Under the pieces are notes generated by a model. It worked only from the letters and a program-made list of their open reading frames with translations, was not told where the DNA came from and made no database searches. A DNA stretch of 63,927 nucleotides, counting the filler, from Vannella sp. (taxonomy: Eukaryota): NCBI GenBank assembly GCA_023345925.1. It is 11 parts of 11 records of this genome, joined end to end, with 100 filler letters (N's around TTAATTAATTAA, not from the genome) between each part and the next. Parts side by side here need not be neighbours in the genome. Positions count along the whole stretch, not along the records: positions 9,784 to 14,282 come from JAJQQN010000030.1; positions 14,383 to 24,774 come from JAJQQN010001079.1; 9 more parts are not named here. One strand, 5' to 3'. Of this stretch, positions 9,784-19,372 are shown piece after piece (the first letter of the stretch is position 1; the number at the start of each line of letters is the position of its first letter). The position numbers and the translations under genes are program-made.

Positions 9784-11700
9784 ACTCCAACTCTCTCAGC
9801 CTCCCCTTCCCAGAGTGCTAGTGCTTCCTCATCCCCTTCTTCGAGTCTCACAAGCACTGCTTCTGCTAGCCAAAGCTTGACGGGCAGCCCTTCTGCCAGC
9901 AGCAGTCAGACAGTTACGATTTCTCCAACCCCGAGTTTAAGTGTGAGCCCTTCTCCAAGCCCTAGTCAAAGCGAGACACCCTCCAAAACTACCACCTCGA
10001 CAGCATCTGCAACGCTTTCACCAACCGCATCTGTCAGTTCCAGCTGTTCTTCAAGTGCCAGTAACAGTGAGACCCCTACCACATCCTCTACTCCGAGCAT
10101 CAGCTCTACGTCAACTTCCAGTCAGAGCGAGACGCTCACTACATCTGCGACCACGAGTGCGACCTCAACTATTTCGCCGACTGCCACTGCGAGTGTTAGC
10201 TCTTCTTCAAGTTCCAGTGAGAGTGAGACGCCCTCTACATCAGCAACCACGAGTGCGACCATTTCGCCGACTGCTACTGGGAGTGTTAGCTCTTCTTCAA
10301 GTATCAGTGAGACGCCATCCACATCAGCGACTTCCACTGCCACTCCAACTGATTTGCCAACCACGTCTACAAGCATCAGCTCTTCTTCAAGTCAAAGTGA
10401 GATTTTCAGCTCATCTTCGACCTTAAGTTCGACTTTCACTGCTTCCGAGACAATGACCGCATCAGCAACCTCCACGGTAACCTCCACTTCAACAATAAGT
10501 GTCACTCCAAGTTACAGCTTTTCCTCAAGTCCAAGTGAACGCGAGACGCCATCTTCATCTGTGACCTTGAGTCCTACCTCAACTGTTTCACCAAGCATGT
10601 CTGAAAGTTTCAGCTCCTCTTCAAGTCATAGTCAAAGTCAGACTTCCACCAAATCAATGACCTCCACTGCGACACAGACATCGACTCCCAGCGGAAGCCT
10701 GACAGAAACTGATAGTCCCAACCAAAGCATCGAGCCCTCTCGAACTTCAAGTGGAGGTGAAATAACGACCTTCCTATCTACTGAGACAGGCAGCGACAGT
10801 GTTACTCCCTCCTTAAGAGCAATTGAGACGGCCACCACCGATTTTAGCGGTGTTAAAACGGCAACTGCTACTTCTGACGAGGCTCCTCCTAGGTCTGGAA
10901 GCACAAGCGAAGCTCCTATTCCTAGCTTTGCAGTGACAGTAAATGTCTCCCCCGACAACTCAAATGACTCTTCTACTTCAGTCAAGAAATCAAGTCAAGG
11001 CAGCACTCCTACTGGAATTGTATCATCTAGTAACACTCTCAGACCAGGTGAAACATCAAATAGTGCGATTGTGGAAGTGAACTTCAATAATGTGACTTCC
11101 TCATTTGTGGTTCTTCCTTACTTGATTGATGGAACTCCTCTGGGAGGTCTGTATGTCCCACCATCTCTCGCAGATATCTTTAATGCTTCCCTCACAATCA
11201 CAAACCCTGCCATCGGACCGACAACCAATCCAGCCAATCAGCAACTCGTCAGTGGCATCCTGAATATCACCTTGGCGGCAGGAGGCAACTCAATTACCCA
11301 GTTGAACTCTTCTCTGACAATCTGCTTGGGTCTGAGCGACCAGGAACAGGCTAACAAGGTCTGCTTGAGCTTTTTTGACGAGCGCAAGAACAAGTGGCGA
11401 TGTCAAGACAAGTGCCTCCGATTTGGTCCTCCCCCTGGCAACTTGATTTGTGGTGAAACAGACCATTTGACCAACTTTGCGCTCCTTCTCTCGGACAACT
11501 CGCGCGACAAACAGGAGTGCGGATCCGTGAGCCGAAGCAACACAATTGCGTGGATCGCCATGGCATTGATCATTGGAGCCATTCTCGTCGTCGCTGTTGC
11601 CGTCCTCATCCTTGAAATCCAAATCCGTCTGAGAATTAGAAAGCGCGAACGCTTCATCAGTAAGTTCCTTTCATTCCGCTCCACTGATTGGCCGTTCTAA
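9784..11700 (+). CDS. Mucin-like single-pass membrane protein with GPS/GAIN-type autoproteolysis motif (5' truncated)
   Basis: More than 350 aa of S/T-rich sequence, then CLSFFDERKNKWRC...ICGETDHLTNFALLL, TM IAWIAMALIIGAILVVAVAVLIL and a basic tail. Confidence 0.8.
   Translation, partial: TPTLSASPSQSASASSSPSSSLTSTASASQSLTGSPSASSSQTVTISPTPSLSVSPSPSPSQSETPSKTTTSTASATLSPTASVSSSCSSSASNSETPTTSSTPSISSTSTSSQSETLTTSATTSATSTISPTATASVSSSSSSSESETPSTSATTSATISPTATGSVSSSSSISETPSTSATSTATPTDLPTTSTSISSSSSQSEIFSSSSTLSSTFTASETMTASATSTVTSTSTISVTPSYSFSSSPSERETPSSSVTLSPTSTVSPSMSESFSSSSSHSQSQTSTKSMTSTATQTSTPSGSLTETDSPNQSIEPSRTSSGGEITTFLSTETGSDSVTPSLRAIETATTDFSGVKTATATSDEAPPRSGSTSEAPIPSFAVTVNVSPDNSNDSSTSVKKSSQGSTPTGIVSSSNTLRPGETSNSAIVEVNFNNVTSSFVVLPYLIDGTPLGGLYVPPSLADIFNASLTITNPAIGPTTNPANQQLVSGILNITLAAGGNSITQLNSSLTICLGLSDQEQANKVCLSFFDERKNKWRCQDKCLRFGPPPGNLICGETDHLTNFALLLSDNSRDKQECGSVSRSNTIAWIAMALIIGAILVVAVAVLILEIQIRLRIRKRERFISKFLSFRSTDWPF
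10129..10392 (+). repeat. Coding tandem repeat (units about 84-96 bp) in the mucin stalk
   Basis: GAGACG starts at 10129, 10225 and 10309. The block ATTTCGCCGACTGCnACTGnGAGTGTTAGCTCTTCTTCAAGT occurs at 10171 and 10261. Confidence 0.8.
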
Positions 11701-11926
11701 CCGTTCCCTCTTCCATCAAAACAGCTAGCATTGTGAATGAGGAGTACAGGGTCGTAATGTAGTGTCCGCTGGAACAAAGTTTGATGATTCATTCCCTTTG
11801 ACACTCGATTGATTCTTCTTTATCCTCAAAAGCCTTGAACATTCAACATTCCTTTTCATTCATTCTCCTTAGGAGAGATTAAAAGTCATTTCTTCATCAG
11901 AAGCTCATTCGCACTCGCACAGAATC

Positions 11927-12703
11927 TCAGAAAGGGCATCGAAAAGGTCCTTTTCCTCGAGTCTGAGAACATCTCTCGTGAATGAGATGGCCACACTCCA
12001 GGAATAGGAAAGTGTCCGGCTTAGTGGAGGAACACCATTCACAACGGGGCTTAGGCTGAGACGATAACCGCCAATGATCCCTCAAATACTCCTGAAACTT
12101 GTCATCCGATTCTCGTGAAGCTCTCCAAGACGCAGATCTGCTTTAAAGTGAGAATTCCGGTTTCAATTGGTTGAGCATTACGAACCCAATCAAATACTCT
12201 CTGGAAGGGGCCTTGCCAACAGGAGTAGTCAAGTCAGGATGAAGGTTAGTGGCGTGAAGCATCAAATCCGCCGCTGGGATTCGCGAAAGGTGTCGAGGGC
12301 ACAACGGACACCTGACTTGGCGATGCGAATGGCGTTTAGCGAGATGAGAGAGTATTTGATAAGCCTGAAAGCCTTCTCTGTGACAGTAGCGGCATGTGAA
12401 CAGAGCAGCTCTTCCTGCTGATGGAGTAGATCTGTTCAATGAGCCGGAAACGGACTCCACACCTCCTTCTTCGTTGTGGCTCGGTGGGAGAGCATCAGCG
12501 ACCTCTTTCTTATGAAGAGCTAGCTTGGTGGTAGACTGTTCACTATGATCCACCCGACGGTTCCGCGAATGAGGCCCCTTATTGATGTCAGCAAGGGCTC
12601 TTCCCCTCTTGGAAGGTAAACTCAGAAGAGCAGCATTGCTCTCCTCTGGCAAACATTGGGCCACACAGTGGCGTTGTTCTCCACCAGGTGCATGATTCTC
12701 CAT
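11927..12703 (-). CDS. Di19-type C2H2 zinc-finger protein with C-terminal RING-H2 (intron 12141-12185); TGA at the last ligand
   Basis: CRYC..H...H and CPLC..H...H fingers. The spliced exon gives CEWC-x12-CGHLIHERC-x10-CPF-TGA. Confidence 0.65.
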
Positions 12704-12833
12704 AACAACAAGCCTCTCCTGCCTTCCCCAGACGACGGGAAACGAATGAAAGTTTCTGTGACTTCCAAGAAAGGGTTCAGCGGAAATGGCTTGAGGGAGG
12801 GCAACAACTCCATATTATTGGAGAGAGAGTTCT

Positions 12834-14039
12834 TCATTGATCGTAAACAGTGGATTCGGGGACGGGCGAGTTCAGGTCGGCGAGGGCCTTTCGAAGGAAC
12901 TCGATCTCTTCTGTGGCGTCCGCTAGAGAGTCCTTTTCTACTTCATACATAAGCCTGAGCTTTTGATTTTCTTGATTGGTTTGATTGAGACGCTCTTTGA
13001 GGGTGTTCAGCCGTTCTAGAGCTTCAGAGAGTTTCTCTTCCACCTTTTCACTTTCCTGTTTCTCGTATTGATCGAGCTTCGCTTGCAGGGCCATACATCT
13101 GGCTTCCAAAAGAGCTATCGATTGATCTCTGCCTTTCAAATCCTCAACCAGATCACTCTGGTCCTCCCGCTAAGTCTCTCCTCATCAGAAAAACAGCTTC
13201 TGAGCCTACCTTTGATGCAATAGCGGATTGATTTCGTTGCTTTTCGAGCTCAGCGTGGAGTCCGATGATCTCTCGACCCAAGAGACGCGCCTTTTGTTCC
13301 ATATATCGAATCACTTCGGCTTGTTTCTCTGCCAATCCTCTGTTCCCTTCGTAGGATTGCAGATACTCCGTAGCATCAGGAAGAGACTTTCTTCTGTTGT
13401 GCAAGCACGCAAAGACTGGTGCCATTGAAGGTTAGCTTCAAAAGTTCGGGACCAAGTCACTTGGAAACTTACCACAATACCACACAGTTGAGATGGTAAT
13501 GCATATAAACTGTAAGCTACAGAAGATTTGAAGGTATCCAATGGGTTTCAGGCCCCAAAGCGTCGTTCCAGCAGGCACAAAGACGAAAAGAAGGCCGATG
13601 AAAGCCATTCCGGCGCTCCAAATCAAGATGGGAACCTCCGTTATGATCTTAGTAGAAGCTACGAACTCAAAGTACCCTCTGCGCCTGGCTTGCGAGTGGA
13701 AGTAATGCATAACCTGGTTGGCCATCGCCAAAAGGACCCAAATAACGATGTAAAGGAAGAGGAGAAGCTTGTAACCCACGCTACTCTCTTCAAACGGTAT
13801 AAAGACAATAGCTACAAACAAGGTCTATACCATACACCTCTTAGCCTCACCCCAGACCAACCAACAGCTCGTACCGCCAAAATGTTCCCGAAAATAGCCA
13901 CCCACGGCGTCCACAACGCGTAGAACTCTCGATGCATCGTCACAGAACGTTGGCTACGCTCCAATGAGGCAAAAGGTATCGTATCTGCACCTTCCTCGTC
14001 ATCTGCAAACAAACCCGACCGCCCGCCATTGATCGACAT
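12834..14039 (-). CDS. TMEM192-family membrane protein with coiled-coil tail; about 3 introns
   Basis: Four TM segments, HSQARRRGYFEF, HNRRKSLPDA, EKQAEVIRYMEQ and a long coiled coil. Confidence 0.75.
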
Positions 14040-14282
14040 GTCCTCCCGCCCCGCTCGAACAGAATGCCCTCCGAGCCCACCCTTTGGACCTAAACCCTTC
14101 ATTCTCCATGTCCAACCCCGTTCCACTCCATTCCTTCTTCCTGATGCATCCTTTTTTTTGTGGAAAAACGGGTTTTAATTAGGGAACCCGCTTTTCCTCC
14201 TTCTTGCGCAAGGAGGCCGGAGTGGATACGTGGGCCATGCCTGCTTGTCCTCGGACAAACTCCACCTTGAGATGGTTGTGGA

Positions 14283-14382
14283 NNNNNNNNNNNNNNNNNN
14301 NNNNNNNNNNNNNNNNNNNNNNNNNNTTAATTAATTAANNNNNNNNNNNNNNNNNNNNNNNNNNNNNNNNNNNNNNNNNNNN
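14283..14382. other. Artificial contig spacer
   Basis: 44 N + TTAATTAATTAA + 44 N. Confidence 0.98.
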
Positions 14383-15468
14383 CTAGGCGTAGCACTCTCG
14401 GTGGAAGGGACTGCCAGCTACTTGAACGTACTCTGAGGTGATAGGCTTCTTGCAAGCAGAGCACTTGAGGCCGAATTGCTCGTTATAGCAATCCCCACAG
14501 ATAGGAAGGTTGTTGTGGGGCTTGAAGCCGCATTCGATCAACGATTTGCGACAGCACTGGCACACAAAGCACTCCTTATGCCAGTTAGTTCCCATAGCCT
14601 CGACACTCGAGAGTCCAATGTCACGTCCACAGGCTGCGCAGCCGTTGCTTCGGCGCACTGGAGCGGCATCTGGAATGGCAGCGGCAATGCGAGAAGCAGC
14701 TGAGATCTGTGCTGCGCTTGGGGTACTCGCAGCAGAGGGAGAGGCAGTGGGTTGACCGCATTCGGAGCAGAACTTGCCACTCACTGGGCTGTGGCCACAT
14801 CCACTACACTTGACACCGCCTGCGGCAGCTCCCGCTGAGAAAGTCGAGCCTGAAGCGCCTGAGGAGCCCGAACCAAGGGCCTGCTCCAACCTGCGTTGAG
14901 AGGGGCTTGGGCTGGAGCTACCACCTACGGGAGCTGTGAGCATTCGGGAAGGATGAGGAGCTATTGCACAACGTACTCGGGGCGGGAGTGTAAGCGGCCG
15001 GGGCAATTGAGATTGGTTTGCTGGGAGTGGGAGCAGCCGCAGGGGCTACTCAGGAGTGAGGGGAAGACGAAGAATCAGGCTGATGAGGCTAACCTTTCGC
15101 TGCAGGAGCCGCCACAGGAGCCGCCGCAGGAGCCGCCGCAGGAGTACTTGCGGGAGCAGGAGCGCCACCGCCAGTGACTTGAAGTTCCAGATATTTTGCT
15201 CCTGAGCTTGCTGAGTCTTTGATGGCGTTCTCGAGGTGAACATCCTGGTAGAGCCCTTGCACATTGCCAGTGCTCATTTGGTAGCGGAGCTGCAGGCTTG
15301 AGAGGGCGAACACCACCTTGAAGGCCTCTTCCAGAGACTGGATAGTCATGTTCGTGCGGTCCACCTCCGCAAAACGAGTCTTTCCTCCGAACGTTCCCTT
15401 TACCTTAACCTGGAAGCCCCTCGAGTGAGAGGCAGTGGTGAAGCGCGGGAAGAGCGCACCTTGCTCAT
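14383..15468 (-). CDS. PB1-like domain + zinc ribbon + LIM domain protein (3' truncated)
   Basis: MSK|VKVKGTFGGKTRF PB1-like start, CSGC..KFCSECG ribbon, LIM CAAC...WHKECFVCQCC...ICGDCY and a second LIM. Confidence 0.8.
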
Positions 15469-15559
15469 GACGACGATCCGACTGCAAATGGACTGAGATT
15501 GGCGTTTACGGAAAAGCGGGCGTTTATAGTACAGGAAAGCAACCGTTGTCGGGTCCTCG

Positions 15560-17038
15560 TCAGGGAGAAGGAGGAGAAGGGGAGGGAGGGACGCTGGAAG
15601 CCTCTCGCAGAGAAGAGAGTTCCGCTTTGAGAGCGTCCAAGTCGATGTCTTGGAGGAGGAGAAGGCGAACTTCGTGGCGGAAGGAGGCGTCTTCTTGTAG
15701 GAGCTTGAGGATCATCTGTTTGTTCTCGTCTGCAAACGGGTGAGCGGGAGAGGAGGGGAAGGGGCGCTTATTCCTTACGTTTTCTCATGTCCGCTGCAGC
15801 AACACGGAGCTCTTCTAATCGGCGATTCTGTGCATCCAAGCGTAGTTGAGTGGGGTCAGGCAGGGCCTCGCCAGGCTTCCAGTCGGCTGTGAAGCGCCTT
15901 TCGACGTATTTGAGATCCAACCACTCTTTTCGGGGCTTAGACGCCGTTTCGGGGGTTGGGCGAGTAAAGGAAGGGTCCTCAGGGATCACAGCCTCGTAGA
16001 TGAGGTTGGATTTGATGTTGCCAAGTGCATCTAACTGCACGAGGAGCTCGCGGTCATCCCATTTGTCCAGTTTGACGCTGCGTACTTTGGAGATGTGGCT
16101 TCCGAACGATCGATGCGGTCCTGAGCATTCAATGCACATGAAGACACCAAGGTTGGTCGAGGCCCACTCTGGATTGGGCTTGGAACAGTCCACGCACACT
16201 CGGTTGCCCTCTCGCATGGCGATTTGGATTACAGCTCGTTGGTTCTCTGTAAGCTCTGGCGGTGCTGAACCCATGGCCAAGGCGCGGTTGACGTCGTCCG
16301 CGGAGATCAACTGCCCCTCGTTGGTCAGATGTGCTCACGAGAACTCGCTCTGCCCATTATGTGGGGCGAAGGGGTAAGTGAACGTACTGTTGAGTAGGAA
16401 CGGTCGAGGATGTTGCTCTCCTTGCTCCCTCCAATCGATGTGAGAACGAGTTGGTTGCAAACTTGCTGGACTGCCACGATCCACTCAGCGGCAGTGGCTT
16501 CTGCGTCCTTCTCCAGCGCAAATTGAAATCTGGGAAGCTCTGAGTCATGAGGTACCCTCTCCCACCTGCACCTACGTCTCCCCGGACGTAACCAGCTCGA
16601 AAGTCTCCTTTGCGGAGGCTCTGGCTTTGCAGCATTGAAGCGGTACGATTGTGGGCGGTTTCGTGTCCTATTGCACGATAAGCTATGTCGTTTCCACCTG
16701 AAGGGCAAGGGTAGCGTACCTCTGCACTGCGGAGGATGTATAAACTCTCTGCATCAAGAACAAGGAAGCGCTTCTTCTTCTTGTGTGTCACCGCCCCTTG
16801 CTTGATAGGCTTGAGGCGAGAGACGAATGGCAACTCTATATTGCCCGAGAGTCTCGTACTATCGTTTCTTGATAGGCCACGCACGGGCTGGAAGCGCGAT
16901 AAGTCGTCCAACGAATCAGACTTCGAGGGAGCTGCAAACGTGCTCGATCGCAGCCTGCTTGATCCCACGCATTGTAGTTAGTGCATGAAAGCTTCTCCCA
17001 AAGACAACTATCTCTCTTCGCCTTCCTTACCGGGACAT
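15560..17038 (-). CDS. PH domain + ArfGAP protein; about 5 introns
   Basis: KKKRFLVL PH segment. ArfGAP CVDC-x16-CIECSGPHRSFGSHISKVRSVKLDKW with the catalytic Arg. Confidence 0.88.
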
Positions 17039-17106
17039 GTTGAAAGGGCGCGCCCAAAACAAATGACCGCTTTGAGGTTCCTCCTTCCCCTTCGACAGGA
17101 TTTGCC

Positions 17107-17140
17107 GCATAATGATTGTTGCATAATGACTGTTGCATAA
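17107..17140. repeat. 14-bp tandem repeat upstream of the ArfGAP gene
   Basis: GCATAATGATTGTT GCATAATGACTGTT GCATAA. Confidence 0.7.
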
Positions 17141-17301
17141 GGATTGGTGGCTCCGCTACGGGTCCCCGTAGGGTTCATAGTTGTGAGGGGAACCGATCGG
17201 TGATGGTCGAAGTTCGAAAGTTCTCCTCCTTGAGTGGGACTTTGTTTATCTTCCTCAGAATAAAGAACTCTCTTGCCTTGTGATGAGCTCCAGGCTCGTG
17301 T

Positions 17302-19251
17302 TTATGAAAGCCAATCGATGGAAACTTGGACACGCCGGTTATTGTGGGAAGAAGGAAGCTCCACGCACGCCACTAAAGGGAAAGCGGCGCGAAGGATAGG
17401 ATTGGAAGCTTTGATTGGGAGGTGTTTGTTTCGAGGATTGATCTCAAAGGCATGTGCAAAGGGCAGTTCGTAGCGAAAGTGGCCCGTCAGAAGTTCATCA
17501 AATTCTACTTTTTTCGAGTTTGATTCGTCTTCTTCTTCCAAGTCACTGGTGCGCACTAGCCAAGGTCCAAACATTACATTGGTATTCAGAGGGATCGGGG
17601 TTCCAGTGTGGAAGTGTTCTTTCCCAGGAGGAGGGAAAAGGGCGGCTTCGAAGATGAGAAGGCGGGTTCCGTGGACATACGTGCGATTGGACTTTCGCAA
17701 GGCTAAGAAGCTGTCCAAAGGCGCTTTCGGTCTCTGCAGTTGGTGGAAACGGCGCAACAGAATCTCTCTAATGGCCTTTTCTCGGAACTGGCCAATTTTC
17801 AGAACGTTGTGGCACACATGAAGAAGCGCCTCTTTCCAAAAGAGTGCGGGTTGGTCCAGATAGGGGCCGCACTCCATCCAACAGCCCAACGGGGAGCGAG
17901 TTAAAGAGTCCCAAAAGGGTTGAAGCAATTGCTTTTTTGTGATGGCAGATAACTGTTCCGAATCAGAAGCGAGATGAGACAGATTGTCCAGAAACCCAAT
18001 TCCGTACATCTCCTCCAGCAACGGCATAAGTTGCTGGCGCATCTTCCCCCGCGTACTCCAAAGAGGAGTCGAATCGAGAAAATAAGGAATGCCAAATTGA
18101 CGCGCAGCGGAGAGAATATCTGATTTGGGATGATCCAGCATCGGTCGCCAAACTGGAACTGTATTCACAGTTCCAACGGGATCCATTCCTGACAGATCCA
18201 AAAGGCTGCATCCCTTCATGAGGTTCGAAATAACGTTCTCCTGGATATCTCCGCGATGGTGACCAAACATCACAGCAGGGCAGTTGGGGTAGTGGGCGAG
18301 TACTTCTAAATAGGTTTGGTAGCGTATCTCTCGAGAGCGTTTCTCATATTCATCCCGTTTGGTGATCCCGCGGGTCACTTCATCGATGCGGCGCTTGTGG
18401 AAGATCAATTGGTGGCGACCGCACCATTCTTCCACAAAGTCAGCTTCGGCTTGACTTTCAGGACGGTTGGCATAGTCGATGTGAATGGCAATCAGCTGGA
18501 ATGAGCCCATTTGTTCTTTCAAGTGTTGGACGAAGCGAGCGAGGACCATCGAATCCACTCCTCCTGAGAGGGAGACGGCCAGGTGAGTGTGGGAGTCTGC
18601 TTTGAGAGATAAAAGGAACTGGCGAATGGAAAGGAACAAAGGAAGCTTCTCCACGCCTGCAAGGTCGGAGGGGAGTTCTGGAGCTTCCAAAATCTCTTCA
18701 CCTTCTTGCCAAGGTGCTCCCCCCGCCCCCGAAAGGTCCAGAAGCCTTCTAGCTGAGGTTTTTTGAAATCTATCGAGGAGAGCACTGTCTGCTTGGCTCT
18801 GTGCCAGACGCTCTCGAGAGAGTTTGAGGACTTCTTCGAGTCTATCATGAGTGGCTTGGTGTCTGAGGGGCATCAGGAGGAATACGAGCTCAGCATTAGT
18901 GAAGGAAAGATGCCACTGGCGCTCTAATATCGTCTCAGCGATGAGGAGGGCCGCTTGATCGTTTCTGTCAATGGCGGGACGATCCCCGCGATGGATGTGG
19001 CGGGAGAACTGATCCAGGATAACAACCAAAGCCAACGCACTTTTGGGTTGCTCTTGCCAGTTGTCCAGACTCCCCGCCTCGGCTTGTTCCAAAAGATCTT
19101 GAAACTGCTCGTGAATGATCCTGTCCGTCTCCGCTTGTGCGCCTGACGTGGCAGCGGGGAACCATTTGGTATGATAGTTGTCCTTCTTAGTACCTTGTGC
19201 ACCTTCTGGTTCTTGGAACCAGAAGATGAGAACCTCCTGGGCGCGTTCCAT
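17302..19251 (-). CDS. tilS: DUF924-like domain fused to tRNA(Ile)-lysidine synthase
   Basis: N-terminus: VLIFWF..KWF..ALVVILDQFSRHIHRG..FLLMPLRH. PP-loop SLSGGVDSMVL, HIDYANR, REIRY, GHHRGDIQEN, WRPML. Intronless. Confidence 0.85.
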   Translation of the reverse strand: MERAQEVLIFWFQEPEGAQGTKKDNYHTKWFPAATSGAQAETDRIIHEQFQDLLEQAEAGSLDNWQEQPKSALALVVILDQFSRHIHRGDRPAIDRNDQAALLIAETILERQWHLSFTNAELVFLLMPLRHQATHDRLEEVLKLSRERLAQSQADSALLDRFQKTSARRLLDLSGAGGAPWQEGEEILEAPELPSDLAGVEKLPLFLSIRQFLLSLKADSHTHLAVSLSGGVDSMVLARFVQHLKEQMGSFQLIAIHIDYANRPESQAEADFVEEWCGRHQLIFHKRRIDEVTRGITKRDEYEKRSREIRYQTYLEVLAHYPNCPAVMFGHHRGDIQENVISNLMKGCSLLDLSGMDPVGTVNTVPVWRPMLDHPKSDILSAARQFGIPYFLDSTPLWSTRGKMRQQLMPLLEEMYGIGFLDNLSHLASDSEQLSAITKKQLLQPFWDSLTRSPLGCWMECGPYLDQPALFWKEALLHVCHNVLKIGQFREKAIREILLRRFHQLQRPKAPLDSFLALRKSNRTYVHGTRLLIFEAALFPPPGKEHFHTGTPIPLNTNVMFGPWLVRTSDLEEEDESNSKKVEFDELLTGHFRYELPFAHAFEINPRNKHLPIKASNPILRAAFPLVACVELPSSHNNRRVQVSIDWLS

Positions 19252-19372
19252 GGAAGAGCGCGCTCACTCAGCGACACGAGCGGGACTGGGAAGAAGAAAA
19301 GTGTTCTTTCTGTTTGTTTCAGTTTGTCATAAAGAGCGGATCCTGGCGAGGAAGCCTTTATTTCCTTTCTTT

